Part shown: piece by piece, positions 12,877 to 25,657 of the stretch
Layout: every line of letters begins with the position of its first letter
Numbering within the stretch: position 1 is the stretch's first letter
Assembly (NCBI RefSeq): GCF_006345805.1
Contig: NC_043002.1
Location: forward strand, 86,118,001 to 86,182,000
Source of the DNA: Octopus sinensis
Lineage: Eukaryota
Direction of reading: 5' to 3'
DNA length: 64,000 nucleotides
Position numbers and translations under genes: made by a program
Notes under the pieces: model-generated
What the model was told of the DNA's origin: nothing
Seen by the model: the letters and a program-made list of their open reading frames with translations, nothing else
The model's database searches: none

Positions 12877-13351
12877 CAGGGGTTGGAGAAAATAATGGAA
12901 ACACCTAGCATCATATCATCATAATTTTGAAATATCTGATCAAATTCATCCTATGGTTGCAGAACTGTTTCTGGAGGGAAACACAATCTTTCAGGAATGC
13001 ACCAATTCATACAGCTAAAGTTGTTACTGAATGGCACGAGGAACATTCTAGTGAAGTTAAACATCTTATCTGGCCACCACAGTCCCCAGATTTCAATATT
13101 ATTCAACATTTATGGTGCCTTTTAGAAAAACAAGTAAGGAGTCGATATCCTCCACCATCATCACAACAAGAACTGGAGACTGTTTTAGCTGAAGAATGGA
13201 CAAAAAATTCCTTTGGAAACAATTCAAACTTTGTATGAGTCCATACTTCATAGAATTCAAGCTGTAATTACAACCAAAAGCAGTCCTACCCCATATTAAA
13301 ATAAATTTGTTTGAAATTTTAAGGTGTTTCCATTATTTTGTCCAACCCCTG
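12877..13351 (+). mobile_element. Internally deleted Tc1 element (475 bp)
   Basis: TIRs CAGGGGTTGGA(G/C)AAAATAATGGAAACACCT; TA at left, CA at right; retains WPPQSPDFNIIQHLW; same family as 17522-18746. Confidence 0.9.
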
Positions 13352-13381
13352 CATGTATGTACATACATACATATGTATGTA

Positions 13382-14656
13382 TCAGGTCATCCCATAAGTT
13401 CTGTCTGAATTTACCTTTTTTAAAACTGAATGAAATTTAATGGTATTTTAGAATGTCTAATGGAATCTAAAAATTATTTTTAAGCTTTTGTGTACATTTA
13501 AACTAATTAAATATTATTTTACAGAATAATAGAATTAAAATTTCTTTGATTAAAACCCCTTCTAACATGGAAGTATCCAAAGAGCATTTAAGGCACATAA
13601 TGCTTTGAGTACAAAAGAGGAAACTCTGCAGCCAAAGCGGCTTGAAACATACACTCAGTTTACGGAAAAGAATGCATGAATGGAAGAGCTTGCAAAAGAT
13701 GGTTTGCAATATTCAGAAGTGGAGATTTCAACCTTGAAGATGAAGATCAAACAGGACATCCAGTTGTGTTTGATGATAAGCTCCTTGAGGCATTACTTGA
13801 AGAAAATCCAGCATTATCAGTTGAAGAATTGGCAATAAAGCTTAGTTCAAACCATACAACTGCTCAATGTCATCTTCAACAACTTGGAAAGGTTCTTAAA
13901 GTTGAAAAATGGGTGCCTCATGAATTGTCCAAAAGCAACTGCAAATCCCGAGTTGACATCTGCTCTTCTCTCCATTCTCGTGAACTCATTTCACCCGTTT
14001 TTAGATAGACTTGTGACTGGTGATGAAAAATGGATCTTCTATTGACATGTTAAACATTGTAAACAGTTGCTTGGTAAAAGGGAAAAAGCTCAATCACAAC
14101 CGAGAAGGGAACTTCATGGAAAAAAAGGTGGTGAGATTGCAAAGGAGTAATTCACTTTGAATTGTTCCCACCTAATGCAACAATCAATGCTCAAGTCTCC
14201 TGTCAGCAATTAGAGTGTGTGAACCAAGCTTTGAAGAAAAAATGACCCGCTTTAGTGAATTGAAACGGTGTGATTTTCCATCAGGACAATGCGCAACCCT
14301 ACACTGCAAAGATCACATCATAGAAGATTGAAGAGCTTGGTTGGGAAAAAATTCCTCAACTACCTTATTCTCCCAACTTTGCTCCTTCAGACTACCATTT
14401 GTTTCGTAATTTACAGAATCATTTGGGGGACATAACTTTCACACGCTAGGAGGAGGTTGAAACTGACATTTCAGAGTTCTTCACTTTGAAACCAAAAGAG
14501 TTTTACATTGATGGGATTAAAAAGCTTGTAAATAGATGGAAGGAAGTCATAGATAATCAGGGAAAGTACATTGATGATTAAATTTCAATTAAATATAACA
14601 TTTGATCACTTATTTTCTTTATTCAAAATTTGGGCAGAGCTTATGGGATGATCTGA
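13382..14656 (+). mobile_element. Full-length defective mariner (DD34D); transposase pseudogene about 13567-14581
   Basis: TIRs TCAGGTCATCCCATAAGTTCTG / CAGAGCTTATGGGATGATCTGA with TA flanks; motifs WVPHEL, GDEKW, HQDNA, PYSPNFAPSDYHLF; stops and frameshifts. Confidence 0.92.
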
Positions 14657-15053
14657 TATATACATACATATATATATACATGTATGCAGACAGGCAGACA
14701 GACAAACAGATAGATAGATAGTTAGATATCTTAAATAACATAGCAAACAACACTAATAATGAACATATTGAAAGAGGATATAAAAGAATATAGGAGAATT
14801 TGTATGCTTTGTGTGATCCTTTCATGAGGTAATTGTCTCAGTTTCAAAACACAGTGTTGGGCACAAGTCCAAAGAATCTCAGATCAAACAATGCATGGTC
14901 TCAGAGAAAGTCAAGTACAACTCTGAAATATATATATATAGGTTCTTTTTCCTTTTGCTTGTTTCAATTATTAGAGTCTGGCCATGCTGGGGCACTGCCT
15001 TGAAGAATTTTAGTGGAATGAATTGACCCCACTTATTTTTTTAATCCTGGTAC

Positions 15054-15284
15054 ATATTTCATCAGTCTCTTTTGTCGAACTGCCAAATTATAGGTACATA
15101 AACACACTAACACTGATTTTCAAGTAGTGGTAGGGGACAGACAGACACACACACACACACATCAAAAAACAATATGTATATGTATTTATATTTCTGTCTG
15201 TCCCCTACCACTACTTGAAAATCAGTGTTAGTGTGTTTATGTACCCATAACTTGGCAGTTCGACAAAAGAGACTGATGAAATAT
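15054..15284. repeat. 92-bp inverted repeat of SINE sequence with 47-nt spacer
   Basis: Arms 15054-15145 and 15193-15284 are reverse complements with 2 differences. Confidence 0.95.
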
Positions 15285-16132
15285 ATATATATAATAATAA
15301 TAATATTAGGGAGTATGGCTCCAAACTTACAGGGAAAAATTAGATTTATAGATATATATATATATAAATATATATATATACACATACATACACAAGGGCT
15401 TTTACAGCTAGATGCCCTTCCTAACACCAATCACTCAGCAGAGAGGACTGAGAAATTTTTGCGTGGCACAAGCACGAGTGAGGTCAATTTTTGCAAGGTT
15501 TTACAGCTGGATGCCCTTCCAAATGCCAACCACTTTACAGTGTGGACTGGGTGCTTATTAAGTGACAAGTGACACCGGCACTGGAAGGGTCACCAAGTAA
15601 CTTGCAAGACAAAAATCTTTTGAGAAGGGGTGGGGGGGCATTGGAGGAGGTGATCTCATGTCAGATGATGAAAGGTTATAGTGAGACAGAAAGACAGAAA
15701 CAGGTGTCTTGCTGCAGAGGAGGTACAAGGTTGCACAGAGAGAGAGAGAGAGAGAAAGTGATCAGGAATGAGGACAGAAACAGATGTGCTGCCATAAAGG
15801 AGATACGTGGTTACCCAACCTGAAGGAAGAGCCGGAGAAGGAGAGAGAAAGAGAGAGTGGAAGACAGCAGGAGAGAGATGGTGGCAAAGTGCCAGGCATA
15901 CAAGAGACAGGGATCAGAATATAAATGGGATGGTAGAAGAGAGAGATAGATGGTGGCAAACACCAGGGTTCAAAGATCATAATATAAGTGGCAGGACATT
16001 GCCAAAGAAGCATATGTAGAGAGTGGGGAAGGAGAATGTAATGAGTGATAAAAGCCTGGTTATATAGAGGGGACAGGCTACCTGATAGCAATGATAAGGA
16101 GAATCAGGGCCATGAGCATAGTGAATGGAGGT

Positions 16133-16413
16133 GGAAATGTGAGGAAGAGAAGAGATGAGATGTAGAGATGTAGTTTGGCTTTTTTGGGGTAAGGTGTGTG
16201 AAAGTTTTCTTACATGTGGGTGGAACACACAGGTTAGGGCTAGTGGATAGTAATGATACAGTGAAACAGGGCCAAGAGAACAGGACTGGGGAGTAAGAGG
16301 TAAGCATAGTGCATGAAAGAGGAAATGTGAAGAAGAGATGTAGAGATGTAGTTTGGTTTGTTGGAGTAGGGTGTGAGAAAAGTTTTCTTGTTATGTGTGG
16401 GTGGAACACACAG
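16133..16413. repeat. Diverged direct repeat, about 95-bp units
   Basis: GGAAATGTGA...GATGTAGAGATGTAGTTTGG...AAGTTTTCTT...GTGGGTGGAACACACAG at about 16133-16232 and 16321-16413. Confidence 0.75.
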
Positions 16414-16414
16414 T

Positions 16415-16850
16415 GCTACTAGAACTCAGTTTCGCTGATGTGTGTGGGTCTTCTCAAGAACCTCATATCACCAGACATCTCAGTCCATTGTCACTTCATC
16501 CGTAAAGCCCAACATCCTCAGACTGGTCCTTACCACTTCATCCTATGTTTTCATGGGTCTACCTCTTCTGCGGGTAACATCCACTTTCAGTGATCAGCAC
16601 TTCTTTATGCAAGTATCCTCATTCATACACATCACATGTCCAAATGCATGCTGCATTTGATTCCTCTTGTGCCCAACTTTTTTCTCAATACATTTGCACT
16701 TTTTTGCGCATGTACACTGACATTGCACATCCAACAGTGCATACTGCCTTCGTTTCTCTCTAGTCTAGGTATGTCTTCTGCATTCAGAGCCCATGTCACA
16801 TTAACACGGAGTATAGCCATTTGTACACAAGCATCATACAGCCTACATTG
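16415..16850 (-). mobile_element. RTE LINE ORF C-terminal fragment
   Basis: TWALNAEDIPRLERNEGSMHCWMCNVS...LRKKLGTRGI; continues into an RGRPxKT-type terminus. Confidence 0.75.
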
Positions 16851-16887
16851 TGGTTGGGAAACAAACTACTTACCTTGCAGCCACACC

Positions 16888-16934
<47 letters not shown>

Positions 16935-17438
16935 GACAGAGAGGTGGGTGGGAAGGAGGGAGAAGTAATGGAGCTCAAAAATGATCCTGGCTATTAACTT
17001 GGTAACACTCCAATACACATCAGGTTTTGCAAGGTACTCAAAAAGTAGATGTTTGCAATCAATTAACTAGTCATTCTAGCAGTTAGTGCAATGTAAAACC
17101 ATTGCAGAATGATCCTAAGCATCTTGTAAATCCATTTATGTAGCAATAAGATGCTGCACATATTACACAGTGTATAATATGGTGACGGGACAAGAATGGA
17201 TAGTTCAAATTTTAGCTGCAACTATTTCCATAGCATAGTTATTTATTCAATAATGCATAATATTACAGGATATTACATAACCTCGCATTATTATATAACC
17301 CATACCATTTCATCAATATAGCCTGATGAAATAGATCTATAATATTGTATACTTTGATCAATATGCCTACTCTATTGACAAAATATATGATATTGTGAAT
17401 ATTTTTTCTGACTTACAGGTTTTTAAACTACTATACAT

Positions 17439-17521
<83 letters not shown>

Positions 17522-17525
<4 letters not shown>

Positions 17526-18746
17526 GGTTGGACAAAATAATGGAAACACCTAGCATCATATCATCATAATTTTGAAATATCTATAAAACCACCAAAAGCT
17601 TGTTTATTTTTATGTTTTTTGATTTATTATTAGTGTTGCTTAATGTTTTGCTAAAATTGCTGTTTCTTTTCAGATATCATCAGAAAAAAGTAATTAAAAT
17701 TCATTAAAATGACAGATCTATCAGACTTTCAAAGAGGTTAAATTGTTGGTGCTTGTATGGCAGGCACTAGTATCCTGAAAATAGCCGAAATGTTTGGTGT
17801 ATCAAGAAGTACTGTCTTGAAAGTAATGACAGCCTTTGAGAAAGAGGGAAAAACCCCCTCATCAAAACAAAACTCTGGAAGAAAACCAAAACTTTCAGAC
17901 AGGGGCTGTTGGGCTCTTACGTAAATTGTTAGAAAGGGTCACAAAAGTACAGCTCCCAAAATTACTGCAGAGATTAATGACCACCTCGGGAACCCAGTTT
18001 CCACAAAAACTGCTCACCGAGAGCTGCACAAAACTGGATTTCATGGGAAGGCTACAATCAGAAAACCCCTACTTTCAAAAACAAATGTAGCAAAGCATTT
18101 AGAGTGGGGTAAAAACCTACAGAATTGGTCCCTAGAGCAGTAGAAGAATGTTATTTTCTCGGACGAGTCATCCTTTACCTTATTTCCGACCACCAACTGA
18201 ATATACGTATGGAGACATCCAGAAGAAGCATATGACCCAAACTGCCTTCTTCCAACTGTTAAACATGGAGGAGGATCTGTGATGATCTGGTGGGGTGGGG
18301 CTGTATCTTGGAAATCCGCCAGCCCAATGGTTTCCCTTCATGGCAGAATTAATAGTCAAGACTTTTTAAGCATTTTATCTGATCAAATTCATCCTATGGT
18401 TGTGGAACTGTTTCTGGAGGGAAACACAATCTTTCAGGATGATAATGCACCAATTCACACAGCTAAAGTTGTTACTGAATGGTACGAGGAACATTCTAGT
18501 GAAGTTGAACATCTTATCTGGCCACCACAAGTAAGGGATTGATATCCTCCACCATCATCACTACAAGAACTGGAGACTGTTTTAGCTGAAGAATGGACAA
18601 AAATTCCTTTGGAAACAATTCAAACTTTGTATGAGTCCATACCTCGTAGAATTCAAGCTGTAATTACTCCAAAGGTGGTCCTACCCCGTATTAAAATAAA
18701 TTTGTTTGAAATTTTAAGGTGTTTCCATTATTTTGTCCAACCACTG
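17522..18746 (+). mobile_element. Near full-length defective Tc1 element; transposase pseudogene from about 17709
   Basis: TIRs (A/C)AGTGGTTGGACAAAATAATGGAAACACC with TA flanks; MTDLSDFQRG*IVGA, IFSDES, VKHGGGSVMIW, FQDDNAPIH; third catalytic block deleted. Confidence 0.92.
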
Positions 18747-18779
18747 TATGTATGTACATACGTACATATGTATGTACAA

Positions 18780-19224
18780 TGCCAACTTGCTGAGGCAGTT
18801 CTGAAAGACTATTAAGACCAAACACTTAAGAAAACTGACAAAAGGGTTACTGTTTCATGAAGACAGTGTTCCAGCACACAAGTCCTTGGTTTCAATGGCT
18901 GCCGTGTGTGACTGTGGCTTTGAAGTGGTTGGTCACCCTCCGTATTCTCTTGAGTTGGCTCAATCTGACTATCATCTGTACCCCAACATAATAAAAAATA
19001 CTTGGCCAGGAACCAGTATTGCAGTGATGATGACATCATATCTGCTGTTGATGACTTCTTTGATGAACAGGATGACAGCTTCTTCAGCAATGGAATCAAG
19101 GCACTGCAACGCCGATTGAAGAAGTATGGAGATCACAAAGGGATCTATGTTGAAAAATAACCACATTTGGTCACATTCCACGAGAGTATCTTGGTCAGCT
19201 TGTGAACTTCTAAGCTGACCCTCA
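18780..19224 (+). mobile_element. mariner 3' fragment
   Basis: HPPYSLELAQSDYHLYPN (YSPDLAPSDY motif) and TIR-like end AGCTGACCCTCA-TA. Confidence 0.75.
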
Positions 19225-19313
19225 TATGTGTATGTGTGTGCATGTGTGTATATATATATATATACTCTCTCCTTTTTTTTCTCTCCTTGTTTCTCTCTTT
19301 GTTTTCTGTGTCC

Positions 19314-19349
19314 CTTTCTGTAGAAGAGCGTAGGCTCGAAACGTAAAAG
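19314..19349 (+). ncRNA. Minimal type-I hammerhead ribozyme-like motif (CUGUAGA core) in a (TA)n-flanked repeat about 19264-19436
   Basis: CTTT-CTGTAGA-A-GAGC-GTAG-GCTC-GAAA-CG-TA-AAAG: stem I CTTT/AAAG, stem II GAGC/GCTC, palindromic ACGT stem III, GUA site. Confidence 0.6.
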
Positions 19350-20093
19350 ACTTTTTCTATTCCTGAGTGTTATACTCTGTTTGTTTTGTACACCACCTGT
19401 CTTCGTCTTTTGTTGTTTTTTCGTAAACTCTCCCTATATATATATACATATATATATGAGTTGTACTCATGATCCCGAGATTGTGGTTTCAATTCCTTGA
19501 CTGGGTAGAATGTTGTGTTCCTGACCAAAACACTTCATCTCACATTGCTCTCTGATCACTTTGACACCTAATGCATGGTACACAGTGCACCTGTTCAGAC
19601 AATATTTGCTTGATGGAGAGAGTGCACTAATGTGTGGCATGAACATTTGATCACTATAAACAAATCATTTGTGCAAGTCTTTCAGCAAACGTTGAATGCT
19701 CATACATCATCTTCAATGGGAGAGTCCATCATACATACATACATACATACACACACACATATATATATATACACTCACATGGTTACCCCAGTTTTATCCT
19801 GCTTTAATCTCCTACACTTTGGACTGACATATCTCAGCTACTGCCTGAACTTTCTGTACCTCTCCTCATCTACATACAAGCACTCCGCCTGGATTATCAC
19901 TGGATATACTTTCGTGGATTTCACAGGACTTTTCTGTTGATGAAAAATTGATCTAATATACTATGACGTCTGAATTCTTTTGAACTTTCTGCTTTTTCAT
20001 ACTCTGTATGTTGTTATTTTACCTTTCTTGCCATGCTTGACTGCTAAATCCCCATGTTTTTTTTTATTCTCTCCCTGTTTATTTTCTCGCATT

Positions 20094-20131
20094 CTTTTCT
20101 GTCGAAGAGCGTAGGCTTGAAACATAAAAGA
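20094..20131 (+). ncRNA. Second hammerhead-like copy (CpG-decayed) near the 3' end of a repeat about 19780-20220
   Basis: CTTTT-CTGTCGA-A-GAGC-GTAG-GCTT-GAAA-CA-TA-AAAGA. Confidence 0.5.
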
Positions 20132-21559
20132 CTTTCTCACTTTCCCAAGCATCAAACTAATACACCTGCTTGTTGTTCATACACCTATCTTCGTCTTTTG
20201 TTTTTCTATAAATTTCAACTATATATATATATATATATATAATCTTCATTCGTTTGTTTTACATCTATTTTTTCTAACTCTAGTGGATTAGACAAGGACA
20301 TATTATTGAGGCATTGCCTTTACAGCCAAATGCTCTTCCTGTTGCTAACACTTATTTTCCAAGCAAAAGAGATCAAAAGAACAAAACTTGAGGATTTTGC
20401 TGACAGAGAAATGTCAACTGTGTCACTGTCAGTAGCTCTGCAATTTTTCAGAGAAGTGCAGGATATAAATATTCATGCACACACAAACATGATACATTCA
20501 TCATCATCGTTTAACGTCCGTTCTCCATGCTAGCATGGGTTGGACATTGTCTTTATCATTTTATAAACTTAATACCAAGCTGATTATTGTCTATTTTGAC
20601 ACAATTTCTGAAAAATATAGATAAGCTCGAAATGTTGGCCAAACATTATGCATCTGCATTTATGTCAAAGCTTTTGTTAACTTAGTCCTAGTCTGTTAGT
20701 TTAGCCAATAACAAACTGTTATGATCTGAAAACCCAGGTCAAGTATTGATAGTTAGCACTAAGACATAACAGTTGAATACACAAAAAATTTTAGAAATTA
20801 AAATCTTTCCTCTTTTCATAGAAAAAGGAACTAGAGGTACACTTAAGTCCTTAAAATGAGGTTATGAATGAGTAGTGCTAGATGCTATAAGCCACCCTTT
20901 GTGAGCTAAGTAGGATATGACCATTGTTTTTGCATACCTCACCATTTCCATCATTTCGAGTCACTCTGTTAGCATGTCACTGCACCACTACCAGCCACAC
21001 ACACATACCAATATCACCCCCCACACACTGAGTGGTTAAAAAGAAGTACCATACTATTATCATCACTAACTGCAGACCAGTACATCACAATCCTCATCAT
21101 CCTTTAACGTCTGTTTCCATGCTGGGATTGGTTGAACAACTTGACCTGAGATGGAAAGCTGAAGGGCTGCATCGGGTTCCAATCTGATTTGGCTTGGTTT
21201 CTACGGCTGGATCCGCTTCCTAATGCCACTTTACAGTGTGTGCTGGGTGCTTCTAACATAACACTGGTACAAATGCTCTTATGTGGTGTTGACAAGAGTG
21301 CTTTTTATGTAGCACCAGCATGAGTGCTTTTCACATGGCACCAGCAAAGGGCTCTTGCAGGCTAATCCTCCTCATTAGGGAGAATGACCTTAACACTTCC
21401 TTTGACGTAGAGGACTGACCCACAAGAACCCTGTGCCATGTAGAACACACTCAAACTGGCACCTTGTAAAAGAGCACTTGTGATTATGATCGCAGTAATT
21501 TAATATCTAACTTTAAACAATAACCCTTAATGGAAACTTCTTAGTAATTCTTTAGATAT

Positions 21560-22600
21560 AATGTGATGATATAGATATAACGGAAGGAATATTGGAATGG
21601 TTGGTTGAGTAGTGATGTTGATGTATGACAGAGTGCACACAGTTGTAAAGACAAAAGACAAGAACAGTGACGAGTTTCAAGTGAATGATAGCCTGTATTG
21701 ATATATTACCCCACTACTTTTTGTAGCTATGATGGAAGAGATAGAAGTATAAAGGAAGGTTCATCTTTCAAGTTTTGGAATTGCAGTATGCAGATGGTCT
21801 GGTATTAATAGCAGAAAGCATTGATGGATTGAAAGAGATGAATAGGTGGAAAGAAATGGGGAAGTAAAAGATATGAAAGGGAATATTGGAAATCTAAAGT
21901 TGATGGCAAATGGTATAAAGAATGTGATGAGGTGGAAAGAAAAGAGAAATTGCCATGTGTAGGAAGGGTGTTTGAGTAAATCCCATTAAATGTATGATAG
22001 CTGCGTGGATTCATTGAAAATGTAGTGGTGTGAAATCTACAATAAAATATGTGTATGAAGGGTATGTTGAGCTGGATCTTGGAAATGGTATGAAGATGGA
22101 AGATGTAAAAACATTTTGTTACTTGATAGACAAGTTGAACAGTGAAGGAGAATCAGACTTGAAAGGGAAAAAGTTATATGTATGACTAGTGTTCAAATGT
22201 AGAGGTAAATATCACTCTGAAACTGAAAAGAAATATATTTATTGCATGTGCAAGAAATCCTATGATTTGTGGGAGTGAGACATGTGTAACGAATGAAGGG
22301 CACCATAGAATGTAAATGAGAATGATTCAATGGACGAACAGGGTATGGCTGAGAAAGGAGGACAAACAATGAATTGGAGAGAATGATAGGAATAGAACTG
22401 GTGATAGATGTTGCAAAGAGTAATGGGATGAAATGCCTGGATCATGTGCTGAGGAGGGATGAAAATGACTGAGAGAAAGCGCCGGGAATGAATGTGGAAA
22501 GAAGTAGGAGTGAAGACCGAGAAAGAACATAACTAAAGATGATGGAAGAAGAAATGAGGGCAAAGGGGTGAAGAGGATAAGGTAAAATAGAGATCTGTCA
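21560..22600 (+). mobile_element. Heavily decayed RTE-like LINE RT and C-terminal region
   Basis: Purine-rich, with TATGCAGATGGTCTGGTA (YADDL-like) and GGAGTGAGACATG (GSETW-like) remnants; many stops. Confidence 0.5.
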
Positions 22601-22850
22601 AACGGCCTGCACAGCTAACCCTTGTTTTAGCAGGGAAAATGACCATTAAATCCCTTGTTGTTTTCTTTTTGGCTCACAGATATTCAAAAAGCTGAGGACA
22701 TGGAAGGATTAAGATAATTTGAGAATTTTATCTACTTCTGCTTTTACCATCTTTCTAAAAGACAGTAAAGAAGAGGACAGTATAATATTTTAAGGTTAAC
22801 AAAATCTAGAATGCCTTTCAAAAGCACAAAAGTTTTGAAATGATACCTAA

Positions 22851-23073
22851 CCCTTTAGCATTTAAACCGGCCATATCTGGCCAAAAGTATTCTGCCTGTT
22901 TTATGTTCAAACTGGCCAGATCTTGTCTCTCACACCAACCCTACAATATTGTTTTAAAACTTAACAGCTACCTCATCAAAATCTCATAGTTACAAGATTA
23001 ATGAATGATTAGTTCAAAACAATGTGGATAAAAAAAGGATTAATTTTGGCAGAATAATGTGAACACTAAAGGG
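22851..23073. mobile_element. piggyBac-like MITE
   Basis: CTAA-CCCTTTAG...CTAAAGGG-TTAA; homologous to 45763-45971. Confidence 0.8.
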
Positions 23074-25657
23074 TTAAGAAAATAAAAGACACTCTTCTTT
23101 TTGCTGCACATTTGTCATCATATTACTATGTTACCATGCATATATCATACACTTATATGGCTAACAAGTAACATCATACCAAATATAATTTACATCATGA
23201 TTAACCACAGCAGAAATTATACAATAGTTTTAAAAAGTTGATGATAAATAATGAAGATAAAAAAAATGACAAAGACAAAAAAAATGAAAAGAAAGGAAAA
23301 AGAAACAAAGAGAAGGAGGAAGAGTTAAGAGAAAAAAGTAAGTGGAAGAGAAGGAAAACACGAGGAAATATTTATAGTGTAGCACTACTACTGCTTTATC
23401 ATCTAAACTAAATTGAGCACAGTTAAGTAAATTATTTTAGGTTATGAGCCAACAAGGAAAGATTTTAATGTTATTTTTTATTCCAAAATTAACTGAAAAT
23501 ATCCAGGAACAACTTTTGTCAAGAAATGCCAAAATAATCATGAATGAAACAAAAATGAGTCATAAATGACAAAACAGAGCTACATAAATAGATTGTCTAA
23601 TTCTTTTACTGGTTTCAGTATTCATGCTGTAGCCATTATGGGGCACTGATTTCATTGGTTTTAGTCAATTATATCAACTCCTGTTCTTAATCAGGTATTT
23701 ATTTTAGCAATGTCTATTTATTGATTGGTTAAGTCTACCTTAGTGGAAAGGGATGTCACTAAATATCTAAATATCACAATATATTTTTGTTACATGAAAT
23801 GGTTTATAGAAATGTTTCATAGCCACCTGTCTCTTTTTTACACCACTGGAAGAAGAGAGAAGTTAAAGAAACATCTAGATGTTCCTGAAGGTTACCATTA
23901 GGTAAATATATGCATATTTTTCTTTATATGGATATATTTGAACTTCATTGTCTTTGTTTATTTATTTATTTCACATAGACATTGATCATAGTGACCAAAT
24001 AATTCCTAATTACTTTTAGAACACTTTCATGATTATGATCCTTGGATAGTCAAATTAAGCTGTGCCTTGAGAGGTTCATATACCTATTTACCTGATATAC
24101 ATACACACACACACACAAACATATATATGCATGCACACATACACACACACATACATGTGTGTATGCATGCTTGACTCAGCTCTACATTACTTAAAGTTTC
24201 ATAAACACAAGTCATGTCTACCTTATCATATTTCAGAGATAAACTGTTATCAAATGTGTGTAACTCTGACCAAAGATGCTAAGTTCTACTTTCTATAATT
24301 TGTTCATTCACTTGTTCACACATAAACAACAGACTTCCACAGAGATTCTGCCAATCAAATTTCATTCTTTGATCAACCCAAGGCCATGATAGAAAACACT
24401 TGTTTAAAATGTCACCACGAAGGTGAGACCAAATTCCAAACTACACACCCCAACTTCTTAACTAGACCTTGTTATAAATTCATTTAAAAAAAAGTGTGCC
24501 AGATCAGACTGGGCCTGGTGCAGCCTTCTGGCTTCCTAGACCCCAGTTGAACCGTCCAACCCATGCTAGCATGGAAAGCAGACGTTAAACGATGATGATG
24601 ATGATGTCACATTGTGTTTTGAGAGTACTACTGCGCATAACAGAAATTAAAGGCATGTCAACCTAAAATATATTGTCCATCTAAATTGTACTGACTATGG
24701 CCTAACACATAAGAAATTGAAAGGGTGTGACAAACTCTGTTCATCATCAGGACCTTTACCAATGATAGTACTTATATATTATACAAATAAACACACATGC
24801 ATGATTGTATGTATGTAACTTGTATCAGAGAGGAAAATGTAATGTTAAGTATAGTCTAGGATAAAAATAGGACCACACTGTAACCAATGTGCTTCATCTG
24901 GGGATTATCAATGTGCTTGAATTTATTTTTAAAAGGTTTTCTAAGAAGAGGAGGAGAGGCAGTACTCATGACTCCTTCCAGGGCTACGGGGGGGGGGGAA
25001 GAGGCAAAGTTATCCTTGTTCCAAAGACCTAACCTGAATACTAGTACAGAATGGACTCTATTAAAAGCACCAAAGCACTAGGGGATGAGGTTAAACCAGC
25101 TGTCATAATTCACTGTCCATAATTCTGCTCTGTCAGAGCTACCTAGTAGCCATTACAGATTTATTATAGTCATGATCTTATCTGAAGAAAAATGGCATAA
25201 AATGCCTGGCTAATGAAAATATTTTGAAATGACAAAACATCTTTTAGTGTCATTTAGTGGATTGCTTTGTCATACATTATTCAAATGCTATCAATTATTA
25301 TCACATTAAAGAATTGTTTTCATCTAACATATAAAAATATTATCATTTTCAAGATTACAGCATATTTTAATATGGCTATCATCATTAACTTTTTATGTAA
25401 TATCAATTAGAATACACAGTTGTTATTAAAAGCAAAACTGAAGTGATACACTAAGGGTGCTTCAAGCTATATATTTTAAGTTTTAAACAATTAAACAGCA
25501 TGCTCACAATATAGACAGGGCAGCCATGACTGGAACACTAATTAAATTACTTTTTTTCCCATCAACATAGTACTTTGGCATTTAGTATGTTTCAATTAAA
25601 GCAATCAAACGCAGATGTTTACTTTGTTCTACACAAAATGTGTAAAATATTACTTAC

